Part shown: positions 23,264-31,648 of the stretch, one piece after another
Layout: each line of letters opens with the position of its first letter
How positions within the stretch are numbered: position 1 is the stretch's first letter
From: a virus
Taxonomy: Duplodnaviria; Caudoviricetes
Length of the DNA: 31,648 nt
Virus record (IMG/VR): IMGVR_UViG_3300001471_000024
Coordinates: 1 to 31,648 of that record
Direction: 5' to 3' (one strand)
Notes under the pieces: model-generated
Databases searched by the model: none
What the model saw: only the letters and a program-made list of their open reading frames with translations
What the model was told of the DNA's origin: nothing
Translations under genes and position numbers: made by a program

Positions 23264-26200
23264 GTTACAACCCGAGCTTATCTAACTGCGGCGACAAGAA
23301 GAAAGCAATCAGCATGATTAAGAGAATAGTCGTAGTAGTCTCCTTTCTGCTTGCCATGTTATGCCCATCTGCGGCTTTCGGGCAACAGCCCGTTTTCCGT
23401 CTGCAAGGAACAGTACAGACTCCTCTTGGCGCTGCGGTAGCCGGAGCGAATGTCGCCATCTGCTCGCAGCCAGCTACGTTGACTTCTCAGCCCTGCACTC
23501 CGCTTGCGACTCTGTACAACGCTCCTAGCACAAACACGACATCTCTAACCGGAGCTTCTTATGCGGTGCAACAGATTACCTTCGCGCTAGCCATAGTTCC
23601 TTCTGATGTTGTGGCAGGCTCTTACATTTCCATCACGGGAGCAAGCCCGTCTGGATATAACGGAGTATGGCTCGTAGCTTCCGTCTCAGGTCTGAACGTG
23701 ACGATTGCCAGCGTGTTCTCTAATCCCGGCAGCTACATAACAGGGGGAACGGTAACAACGAGCGCCCTGCCCAACCCCGTACAGACGAACGGCAACGGGT
23801 ATTTTTACGCATACGTGGCATCAAATCCGTACACCGTTCAAGTCTATTCTTCTACCATTCAGACGCTGGTTTACGCAGACCAGTACCCGTTAGGCGGAGG
23901 TGGTGGAGGTGGCGGGACTCCGGGTGGCGTTGATACCAACGTGCAAGTTAACGGCTCTGGAGTTTTCATCGGACCTTCAGGTCTTATTTATACTTACGGT
24001 GCGACTCCTCCAGTTTTTTCAATACCGGGAAACCTGCAAGTCAAAAGCGGACAGCCGTGGTACGACGTAACAGCGTGGGGAGCGAAGGGCGACGGCGTTA
24101 CGGATGACACGGCTGCAATCACTGCAGCCTACACCCAAGCAGCTTCGGACTTGCACGCTGCTGGTTTTGGTGGTGGCGGTACTGTCTATTTCCCGCATTC
24201 ATCGGGATGCTACAAGTTTTCTACACTCACGATTCCGAGCGGGTCAGCGAATGGTGGATGGATAGTCTCGTTATTTGACAATGGAATTTGCGGCAGCACG
24301 ATTTATCCCGGCAATTATACGTCTTTCATCGGACGTTCCGGTAGCTTCCAAGGGCTAGGAGGAGCTTTCGGATACGCCAATTACACTACCTGGACCAATC
24401 TAGTGGACCAATCGGCTCCACTGGTGGATTTGTTTGGTGTAGGAACTGTATACTTTGAAGGCATAAATATTGAATGTTACTCTTCTACAGAATGCGTTCA
24501 CATGCACGACAACTCCGGTACTGGCACCGTTGAAGTTACACTTAACAAATCACTCATAAATAATAACGTCTCATCCGGGTACGATGTTGTGGCAGACTCC
24601 TCCAGTTCCAGTCAGGTATCGGGATTTGGTTTCCGCGCTGAATATACTTCGTTCAATGGGCCTCATACATTATCGTTCACTAATTTTGGCGAGGTCATCA
24701 TCGAACACTCATTTATAGGCAGCGGTACTATCACCGCCATGAACATAGGCATTCCATCCAATGGAGATTTTGTATTTAACGACATCTTGTCCGAGGGTCT
24801 TACTAACAATGATTTTTTTGTTGCCAGTGGTTCGTATGTGAATGATTTTACCTTCCGCGATGTCAAAATAGCAGACCAGACAGGAACGGTATACCTATTC
24901 AACAATCAGACTACTGGTGGACCTACGGGGCCAGTTCATTTCGATATGAATGTGACGCATGAGATAGGTAGTGGTCTGATGGACCCTGCTGGGTCTTATC
25001 CTTACGTGTTCTGCGAGGGTGCTCCTGCTAGCGGTAATGTCGGATGCCCACCTTGGACAGACACCCTCCAGCAACTTTCCCCTTCCTCTCCACCACCAAA
25101 CCCTGGAGCTTCTCAAGATAGGCAGTGGTGGGATACTAGCGATAACTGGAGATGTATCACGCATGGCGGAACGGCCTGTGGCATCATCGTAGGTAGCGCA
25201 GTTGCGGCTAGCTTTGCTAATGCTTCATGGTCTACCTCTACTGGCCTTTGCACTGATACCAGTTCCCCGCCAAAAATAGTAACGGCAGGCTGCTCTCCCG
25301 GCGTAGCGAATCTAACGCCAGTACCAAGAGTGATAGTAAACGGTGCGAATAGCGGTACGTTGCTGACAACCACGGCAGGCCAATGCCCCGGAGGTTCAGG
25401 AAGCTCTGCCAGCTACCTCTACGCAGCCTCAGACTTCTCCTGCATCGTGACACGCGGAGCATCAACGGCAATGACGGACACGTTGCCGCAAGCAGGGAGC
25501 GCGGGATTTGCAAGCAATTTCTACCTCAGTATCTCAAATACGGGGACAGCTTTAGACACTATCACCACGACCATTAGTACTTTCACCTGCGTTGATAATT
25601 CACCTTACTGCTCCGGTTCAACGCTCAAGATTCCCGCAGGAAAGCTCGCTACAATCTGGTCGCCCGACAACGCCAACTGGAACGTAGCAATGGGCGGAGC
25701 CATCGGCACGCAAGACTATAGCCCGAACTCCTACGCAATAGGCGGTGGAACGGCTAACGTGCAGACGGTTACTCTTCCCGTGGCTCCGACCGCTTATATG
25801 CAAGGGATGCGCGTCTGCTGGTTGCCTTCAAATGCCAATACTAGTGCTGCAACTCTAAACGTAAATGGCCTAGGAGCTTTCCAGATTGAAAAGCAAACAA
25901 TCGGCGGTGTCACTCTCATAACTTCGGGAGATTTGAGTACTACGGTGCAAGCATGCGCCGATTATATCGGCACCCACTTTCAACTTGAAAATCCACAATC
26001 TGTTTACAGTGGTTCAGCATCTTCCATCTTCCTTAATTTCGGTGTTCCAGCTGGCGGGAGCGTGGCAGTTGTAGCAAACCAGCAATTGGCTGCCCAAATC
26101 TCTACCGTGGCCCAGATTTCATTCGGTCATATCGCCTGGGATATTACCACGCTTGATGCTACAGGTGGCGACCTATACGACATCGGAGTTTACACCGCAA

Positions 26201-26493
26201 ACGGAGTTTTGGTCTGCGACATTGGCCCTACGGCCATGACTTCAACGGGAGTTCAGACGGCGGCGTGTGTTCAGGGTTCCGTACTGCTGCCCGCAGGGAA
26301 TTATTACATCTGCACGACAGGCAATGCAGGAACCGCGAAGTTTGGCATCATGAACAACTCATCAAGCACCAGCGTTATTTCAATCACAGCGAATATTGGA
26401 ACGACCAGCGGTGGGCAATTGCTTTCTTCGTTTATCGGTGTCTCACCGTCCCCTGCTCTAACAAGCGTTCCTTGGGCAGCTTTGTATCCATAA
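23260..26493 (+). CDS. tailspike/fibre-like protein with pectate-lyase-superfamily beta-helix and N-terminal signal peptide
   Basis: WYDVTAWGAKGDGVTDDTAAI...GGTVYFP beta-helix cap and NTSAATLNVNGLGA fibre motif. Signal MIKRIVVVVSFLLAMLCPSAAFG|Q (alternative start 23314). Confidence 0.85.
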   Translation: MSYNPSLSNCGDKKKAISMIKRIVVVVSFLLAMLCPSAAFGQQPVFRLQGTVQTPLGAAVAGANVAICSQPATLTSQPCTPLATLYNAPSTNTTSLTGASYAVQQITFALAIVPSDVVAGSYISITGASPSGYNGVWLVASVSGLNVTIASVFSNPGSYITGGTVTTSALPNPVQTNGNGYFYAYVASNPYTVQVYSSTIQTLVYADQYPLGGGGGGGGTPGGVDTNVQVNGSGVFIGPSGLIYTYGATPPVFSIPGNLQVKSGQPWYDVTAWGAKGDGVTDDTAAITAAYTQAASDLHAAGFGGGGTVYFPHSSGCYKFSTLTIPSGSANGGWIVSLFDNGICGSTIYPGNYTSFIGRSGSFQGLGGAFGYANYTTWTNLVDQSAPLVDLFGVGTVYFEGINIECYSSTECVHMHDNSGTGTVEVTLNKSLINNNVSSGYDVVADSSSSSQVSGFGFRAEYTSFNGPHTLSFTNFGEVIIEHSFIGSGTITAMNIGIPSNGDFVFNDILSEGLTNNDFFVASGSYVNDFTFRDVKIADQTGTVYLFNNQTTGGPTGPVHFDMNVTHEIGSGLMDPAGSYPYVFCEGAPASGNVGCPPWTDTLQQLSPSSPPPNPGASQDRQWWDTSDNWRCITHGGTACGIIVGSAVAASFANASWSTSTGLCTDTSSPPKIVTAGCSPGVANLTPVPRVIVNGANSGTLLTTTAGQCPGGSGSSASYLYAASDFSCIVTRGASTAMTDTLPQAGSAGFASNFYLSISNTGTALDTITTTISTFTCVDNSPYCSGSTLKIPAGKLATIWSPDNANWNVAMGGAIGTQDYSPNSYAIGGGTANVQTVTLPVAPTAYMQGMRVCWLPSNANTSAATLNVNGLGAFQIEKQTIGGVTLITSGDLSTTVQACADYIGTHFQLENPQSVYSGSASSIFLNFGVPAGGSVAVVANQQLAAQISTVAQISFGHIAWDITTLDATGGDLYDIGVYTANGVLVCDIGPTAMTSTGVQTAACVQGSVLLPAGNYYICTTGNAGTAKFGIMNNSSSTSVISITANIGTTSGGQLLSSFIGVSPSPALTSVPWAALYP

Positions 26494-26506
26494 ATTAGGA
26501 GGCTCG

Positions 26507-28819
26507 ATGCACAAAAGACACTTAATCCTGCTCACCTTTCTGCTGCTGGTAGGCGGATGGCGTGCGCAGGGGCAGAACATCACGGCGGCAGGCTCAAGCT
26601 GCACGACGGCAGGGGCTTGCGCAGTAATTCAACTCAGCACCACAAATACCGGAAGCGTGACGTTCACTATCTCTGGAACCTTTTCGGCTACGCTACAATT
26701 TGAAGTCCTTGCAGACGGCACGGAAGCTAACAAATCCTCGGTGAACTGCGTTCCGCCTAACTCTACCACTGCGGTTACGAGCACGACGGCAGCAGGGACG
26801 TGGACGTGCAACGTACCGGGAGCGCAAGTCTTCAGGGTGCGCTGCTCGGCTTACACTAGCGGCACGGCAGTGGTGGCACTGAACGCATCGAATGCTATCG
26901 ACACGGCGCTATTGGGTAGCGGTGGGGGCGGAGGCGGCAGCGGAACAGTAACCAGCGTGACCTTCACCGGAGATGGCGCCGTTCTGAGCGCAACGCCATC
27001 CTCGGCAGTTACGACCAGTGGCACGCTAACCGCTACGCTTGCCAATCAAACAGCCAATACGGTCCTGGGGGCGTTAACGGCCACAACGCCCTCAGACCTA
27101 GCGCTCCCATCATGCAGCGCGACCACTAGTGCCTTAATTTGGACATCTGGCACCGGGTTTGGCTGCCACACGATAACTCCGGGGACAGGCACCGTTACAA
27201 GCGTGACTTTTACTGGTGACGGAATCATCGACAGTTCGACGCCCTCAACGGCAGTTACCACCTCAGGAACTGTGGCCGCTACTCCTCTAACGCAAACTGC
27301 AAACACCGTGTTAGCTGGCCCTGCATCGGGTTCTGCTGCGAACCCCGCTTTCCGGGCGCTAGTATCCTTGGATGTTCCAGATAACGCGGCGAATACGAGC
27401 GGTACGGCAGCCAATGTTACCGGCATAGTGGCGGCTGCCAACGGTGGTACCGGAGTTGCAAATACAGCTACGCAGACGCTGGGAACCTCGAATATAAATT
27501 ACGCAACGCAGGCCACTGGATTTGATTATGTGACGACAACGACCGGAGCGCACGCAGCGGCCACGGCTGCTCAGGCTGCGACGCTCATTCAAGGACTGAC
27601 AGGATGCAACACGGCTAACTTTGTGTTCACTCCGCAGGCAAGCGATTGCGTGGCCCAGAGTGGAAGTGGACTCTCGGGAATGACGGCTGGGCAGGTAGCA
27701 ATCGCCGCCACCGCGAGCACAGTTACATCTTCCAAGGCAATCGTGGGTACAGATACAGGCTTGGCGAGCGCCGCAACGATTTCGACCACAGCGGGCACCA
27801 TCACTTGCTCCACGGCAAACGGCGGAGTCACTACGACCGGATGTCCTGCATCTCTGCCTGCGGTGACGAACACAACGGCAGTTACAGTCAGCAATCCGAC
27901 CGCAGCGACAGACACGATTTTGATGGCGCTCTCCCTGCCCGCTGGATACTTGAACGTGGTAGGGCAGCCATTTATTGTTCATGGTTCGGGAGTACTCACG
28001 ACAACGACGGCAAGCGTTCCGCAGGTAACGATTACTCCGAAGCTCTGCTCTGTAGCCGGATGTGCTACAGGAACTGTCACGCCACTGGCCGCTATTCAGT
28101 CAGCAGCATTGAATAGCGTAGCGATTTCTAATGCTACTTGGGCCATTGATTTGACTATGACTGTTGTGGCGAACGGGTCAAGCTGCAACCTGATTGTGAA
28201 AGGTTCTCCGGGCCTCATAATTGAGGCAGGAGCCAGCGTAGCCACTGCCGATAGCGTCTATGCAGACGCCAACACTGCCGTTTCATCCCCCAATCAGAAT
28301 TGCGCGAATGCCCTATTTCTGGATTTCTTCGTGCAGCAATCGACTACAGGCGCGTCCAACTCTTATAAGCAGCTTGAGGCTGTGATTGCTCCACCGTCAG
28401 GCGTAGGGGGAAGCAGTGGTAGCGGAATAACCAGCGCGACGATGGGCGGTAGCAGTTCCGCCATTGTTTGGTCAACTTCACAGCAAATTAGAAATATTTA
28501 CGGGGGACCACAGGCCACCAATACCACGGTAGCCATTGACGAAGTTCCGCAGGGACGCGCGAAAACTATCATAGGAATTCAATGGGCGCTGAGCGCAGCG
28601 CAGGCTAGCGCGACTACTAACCTGACATTCACCTTCGTGGATGCTACGGCCAGCACTAGCGCAGTCTGTCAAGTTACTACCAATGTTACTACCACAACCA
28701 CTTGTTCCTCGGTAGTCTCTCTTTCCGTTGCTCAAGGCGATTTATGCTACGTGGAATTTGCCCTAGGTGGTGGCACGGGCACATCAGCCGCTTTAGGGTG
28801 GGAGATTACCTACCAATGA
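26507..28819 (+). CDS. fibre-like protein with N-terminal signal peptide
   Basis: AGGAGG SD; MHKRHLILLTFLLLVGGWRAQG|Q; fibre motifs GTVTSV, NTVLAGPASG..ANPAFRALV..DVP and AANGGTG; 18 Cys, mostly in close pairs. Confidence 0.8.
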   Translation: MHKRHLILLTFLLLVGGWRAQGQNITAAGSSCTTAGACAVIQLSTTNTGSVTFTISGTFSATLQFEVLADGTEANKSSVNCVPPNSTTAVTSTTAAGTWTCNVPGAQVFRVRCSAYTSGTAVVALNASNAIDTALLGSGGGGGGSGTVTSVTFTGDGAVLSATPSSAVTTSGTLTATLANQTANTVLGALTATTPSDLALPSCSATTSALIWTSGTGFGCHTITPGTGTVTSVTFTGDGIIDSSTPSTAVTTSGTVAATPLTQTANTVLAGPASGSAANPAFRALVSLDVPDNAANTSGTAANVTGIVAAANGGTGVANTATQTLGTSNINYATQATGFDYVTTTTGAHAAATAAQAATLIQGLTGCNTANFVFTPQASDCVAQSGSGLSGMTAGQVAIAATASTVTSSKAIVGTDTGLASAATISTTAGTITCSTANGGVTTTGCPASLPAVTNTTAVTVSNPTAATDTILMALSLPAGYLNVVGQPFIVHGSGVLTTTTASVPQVTITPKLCSVAGCATGTVTPLAAIQSAALNSVAISNATWAIDLTMTVVANGSSCNLIVKGSPGLIIEAGASVATADSVYADANTAVSSPNQNCANALFLDFFVQQSTTGASNSYKQLEAVIAPPSGVGGSSGSGITSATMGGSSSAIVWSTSQQIRNIYGGPQATNTTVAIDEVPQGRAKTIIGIQWALSAAQASATTNLTFTFVDATASTSAVCQVTTNVTTTTTCSSVVSLSVAQGDLCYVEFALGGGTGTSAALGWEITYQ
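26942..27313 (+). repeat. internal duplicated 42-aa fibre module
   Basis: GTVTSVTFTGDG...TPS.AVTTSGT..AT...QTANTVL encoded at 26942 and 27188 (82 codons apart), diverged at synonymous sites. Confidence 0.85.
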
Positions 28820-29598
28820 GAATAGCTCTCTTAATTACAGCTTTATTTGTGGCGGCGCTTCCCGCACACGCGCAATCCTGCGTGAGTCTATCGCTGATGG
28901 GAGCAGTGTTTCCAGACCCGATGCCCCTTACCAATCCCATCACTAAAATACAGTTCCCCGTGCAGATAATAAATAATTGCTCGCAGACTGTTTACTACGG
29001 GAAAAGCACCTGGGCAGGATTGGAAAGTGCAGACGATACGTGGTGGTCTGCGAACGGTTGCACGACGCTTCTTCCCGCTGCGGTATGCTACGGCTACACC
29101 GGAGCGGCGGCAGACCCCGATGACCCGATGATTTGCCAGCCGCCCAACGCACCGAGTGAAAATTGGTGTGTTGATACGCTGACAACTATTTGGTGCTTTT
29201 CTAAACCGTGTCCGGGGAGTGCTGGCCCGACTGCCACGCTGACATTTCAGTGGACGGTGGACAATCCCAAGGTAGAAGGGGACGTGGAACCAGCCTCGCT
29301 GACCTTCACCGGGCCAGTAGGGGTGCGCACACCAGACCAGACCATCACGGGCAGCAACTCGGAAACTTGTGGGGCTGACTGCACGGGACTCGTCACCTTC
29401 GGGCAGGTGACTGTACCGCCCAACGTCTACATCGACGTGGACAATTGCTCCGGCCAGTCCGTCCCGCAGAGTCAAACCTGCACAGTCACGGTGTACGCCA
29501 TCCCTGTTGTTGCAACACAAACATCGCCGGGGCCAATCAACATACCGAACAATCTGGGCAACAACGGACGCAGCAAGGTGTATACGACCATAAACTAA
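28816..29598 (+). CDS. secreted Cys-rich protein with Ig-like (ASH/choice-of-anchor D-like) domains
   Basis: ATGA coupling; MRIALLITALFVAALPAHA|Q; PASLTF...DQTITGSN...NCSGQSVPQSQTCTVTV pattern. Confidence 0.75.
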   Translation: MRIALLITALFVAALPAHAQSCVSLSLMGAVFPDPMPLTNPITKIQFPVQIINNCSQTVYYGKSTWAGLESADDTWWSANGCTTLLPAAVCYGYTGAAADPDDPMICQPPNAPSENWCVDTLTTIWCFSKPCPGSAGPTATLTFQWTVDNPKVEGDVEPASLTFTGPVGVRTPDQTITGSNSETCGADCTGLVTFGQVTVPPNVYIDVDNCSGQSVPQSQTCTVTVYAIPVVATQTSPGPINIPNNLGNNGRSKVYTTIN

Positions 29599-31648
29599 TG
29601 AAACGACTTCTTATTATTCTTTTGTGGGCCTTTCCTGTCTTCGCGCAGAACACCATTCCCATCATCATCATGCCCGCCGAGGGTCCGTGGACCGCGCAGA
29701 CTCTCGTAGGCGAGCGCCTGAACGCGCCGGTGACCTTCGGTGTGGGCATCCCGGATGCATGGAATATCGACTGCCCCGGCACGCAACTCCATCCTGAGAA
29801 CGAGCAAGCGCCGACTAAGCTCATCCTGAAGTACGCAGGTACGCAGGTGACCTCGCAATTCCGCTGCATGGCCCACTGGCCGTCCGGCAACGCGGAATGG
29901 GTGCAGGTGGACTCGCAGCTGCCGTGCTTCAGCGAAGTGGGAAACGGGTCGTGCGCGGCGACATCTTCTCTCGCGGGAAACCTAAATTACGACCTGAACC
30001 TGACCATCTCGACTGTGTCGTCTGGTGGCGGGAACGTACTGTGCTCGCCGACCTGCACCACGAGTTTCACTCCGATGGCCGTAGACTCCAATCCAGGGTC
30101 ACCGAATACAGGAACAATCACAGTCACGACCGGGGCAGCCACATTCGTAATCCAGAAAGCCAACTTCGACGGCTACCACGACGCAGCAATCGGCGCACTC
30201 CATGAAATAGCAGGGAACAACCACGGCCCCTACGATGGCTTCACGCTCTACGGACCATCCGACTCGCTCATCCCGCCGACCGCATCCAGCCCCACCATCG
30301 CGGGAGTGTCCTGTGGTCCCGGCCCGGTGCCCACGAATTACACGGGCGCGGCCTGCACCACGCCCTATTCGTCGCAGAACGATTCTGCCTCTACCGCTAT
30401 TATCGAGGAAAACGGACCCCTGCGAGCGGCCATCACAGCCAATTTCGATTTCAAGAACTCATCCGGGCATGCCTACTTTCACGGGCGCGTGCGCATGTTT
30501 TTCTGGCGCAACCGCACGGACTCCAAGACGGAAATAATCAACGAGAACGCCTACGTGCCGGTGGTCACTGGAGTCACTGGAGTGGGCTGCTATCCCAACG
30601 GCATCGCATCGTCATCCTGCTCGCCGACTGACCAGTGGAATGTGGCCTACAAGGAATTCAACCAAGAGGAAATGCGCGAGACCGATAACCTGTCAGGCGC
30701 CACGCGCGATTTCCAATTCGCAGACGATGCCACCGGCACCACGGTCTCGGCTACCACAGGAACCATGTCCTCGGCGCAATCGGCGTATCTATTTCAAGGC
30801 TACTCCAACGATGGCGAGTGGTTTGATTGGCCGGGTGGGACTCTTTGCGGAAGCGGCGTTACCGGGGCATCGTCGGTCGGCAACAGTTGTGTGGTCTCCT
30901 ACATTTCGCGTTCCGGCTCCTCAAACAACTGGCAGTACGCGCTCCTCGGCTATCAAGACACTGGGCCGACCGGCGCAGGCATCAAGCAAGGCGCGTCCAC
31001 CGTATATCCCGTAGGATGGTCGGATTTCGATGACGGCGCAAATGGAATCGAGACCGGCGTGTATCAGCTCGCGATGTACTGGCCGAAGTCGCTCGAATAT
31101 CAGCCGGGGAACACATCAGCGGGATGTGGGGGCGTGTCGCCTTTCTGCGGCAACAATAACGAAATCCGCATAGGCATCTGGCCGAACCAGCAACTGTGGA
31201 ACACATCCGGTACACCATACGTGACAAATCCCAGCTACGTTACGACGCAAGCGTCCGGGCCGTGCAAGGGGTCGTTTCCGTGTCAGGCGCAAATATCCTA
31301 CGTCATCGGCTGGCCGCAGACGCAGATTCACGACATCTACTGGAACTTCCACACGGGTACGCAATCGGCGGCGACGGCGCAGGCCAATTTTCTATATTTC
31401 CAGCATCGGCTCCTCGCCAAGCCTCAGTCCTCCACATATTGGAACTCCGTGGTCGATGCGACCTATTCCATTCCCGCGCTGTGGTATCCCATGCCAGACC
31501 CGGTGACCGAGGACACTTTCTACAAAGGCGCAGGCAGTACGGTATGCCCGAATGCCATCGGCTCGTGTTTGGGAGACGTGGGCGGCACTGGATTCGCCTA
31601 CACCGGCAGCACGAACAAAATGACCATCTGGAGGTATTTTGGGTGGAT
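29598..31648 (+). CDS. secreted PcRGLX/YetA-like (exo-rhamnogalacturonan lyase-like) protein, 3' truncated by the window end
   Basis: Absent from the ORF track because it has no stop; own translation is open for 683 codons. MKRLLIILLWAFPVFA|Q; PVTFGVGIP, QFRCMAHWPSGNAEWVQVD, TVTTGAATF, IEENGPLRA, GWSDFDD..YWPKSLE. Confidence 0.75.
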   Translation, partial: MKRLLIILLWAFPVFAQNTIPIIIMPAEGPWTAQTLVGERLNAPVTFGVGIPDAWNIDCPGTQLHPENEQAPTKLILKYAGTQVTSQFRCMAHWPSGNAEWVQVDSQLPCFSEVGNGSCAATSSLAGNLNYDLNLTISTVSSGGGNVLCSPTCTTSFTPMAVDSNPGSPNTGTITVTTGAATFVIQKANFDGYHDAAIGALHEIAGNNHGPYDGFTLYGPSDSLIPPTASSPTIAGVSCGPGPVPTNYTGAACTTPYSSQNDSASTAIIEENGPLRAAITANFDFKNSSGHAYFHGRVRMFFWRNRTDSKTEIINENAYVPVVTGVTGVGCYPNGIASSSCSPTDQWNVAYKEFNQEEMRETDNLSGATRDFQFADDATGTTVSATTGTMSSAQSAYLFQGYSNDGEWFDWPGGTLCGSGVTGASSVGNSCVVSYISRSGSSNNWQYALLGYQDTGPTGAGIKQGASTVYPVGWSDFDDGANGIETGVYQLAMYWPKSLEYQPGNTSAGCGGVSPFCGNNNEIRIGIWPNQQLWNTSGTPYVTNPSYVTTQASGPCKGSFPCQAQISYVIGWPQTQIHDIYWNFHTGTQSAATAQANFLYFQHRLLAKPQSSTYWNSVVDATYSIPALWYPMPDPVTEDTFYKGAGSTVCPNAIGSCLGDVGGTGFAYTGSTNKMTIWRYFGW

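Noticed and set aside
29897-31364. Short Arg/Pro-rich ORFs listed in the track near the window end
   Set aside because: They are off-frame products of the single long ORF starting at 29598.
23260-31648. Diversity-generating retroelement or invertible tail-fibre switch
   Set aside because: No reverse transcriptase or invertase gene and no near-identical template/variable repeat pair seen. The 26942/27188 repeat differs at synonymous sites, not specifically at adenines.

Overview
The window is one contiguous, all plus-strand segment of a tailed dsDNA phage or prophage with podovirus-type (P22/T7-like) gene order. It opens with a chain of small translationally coupled accessory ORFs bracketed by a 97-bp exact direct repeat, then a PD-(D/E)XK nuclease, small and large terminase, six small genes, portal, scaffold and major capsid. 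These are followed by an endonuclease VII-family gene, a GroES homolog, adaptor/decoration/nozzle genes, a GNAT-like gene and three putative ejection proteins. It ends with four fibre/tailspike-like genes, the last running off the window end. Two observations stand out. (1) All four fibre/spike-region proteins begin with Sec-type signal peptides followed by Gln and carry closely paired cysteines, suggesting receptor-binding parts that are exported and folded outside the cytoplasm. (2) A 92-aa protein (4894..5172) consists of three tandem pairs of G-x-E-R-R-type motifs resembling the c-di-GMP-binding Arg-rich motif of Caulobacter Cle proteins, making it a candidate phage-encoded c-di-GMP sponge. 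Domain style hints at an Acidobacteriota-like host (inference). All family calls come from motif recognition by eye; no database search was run.
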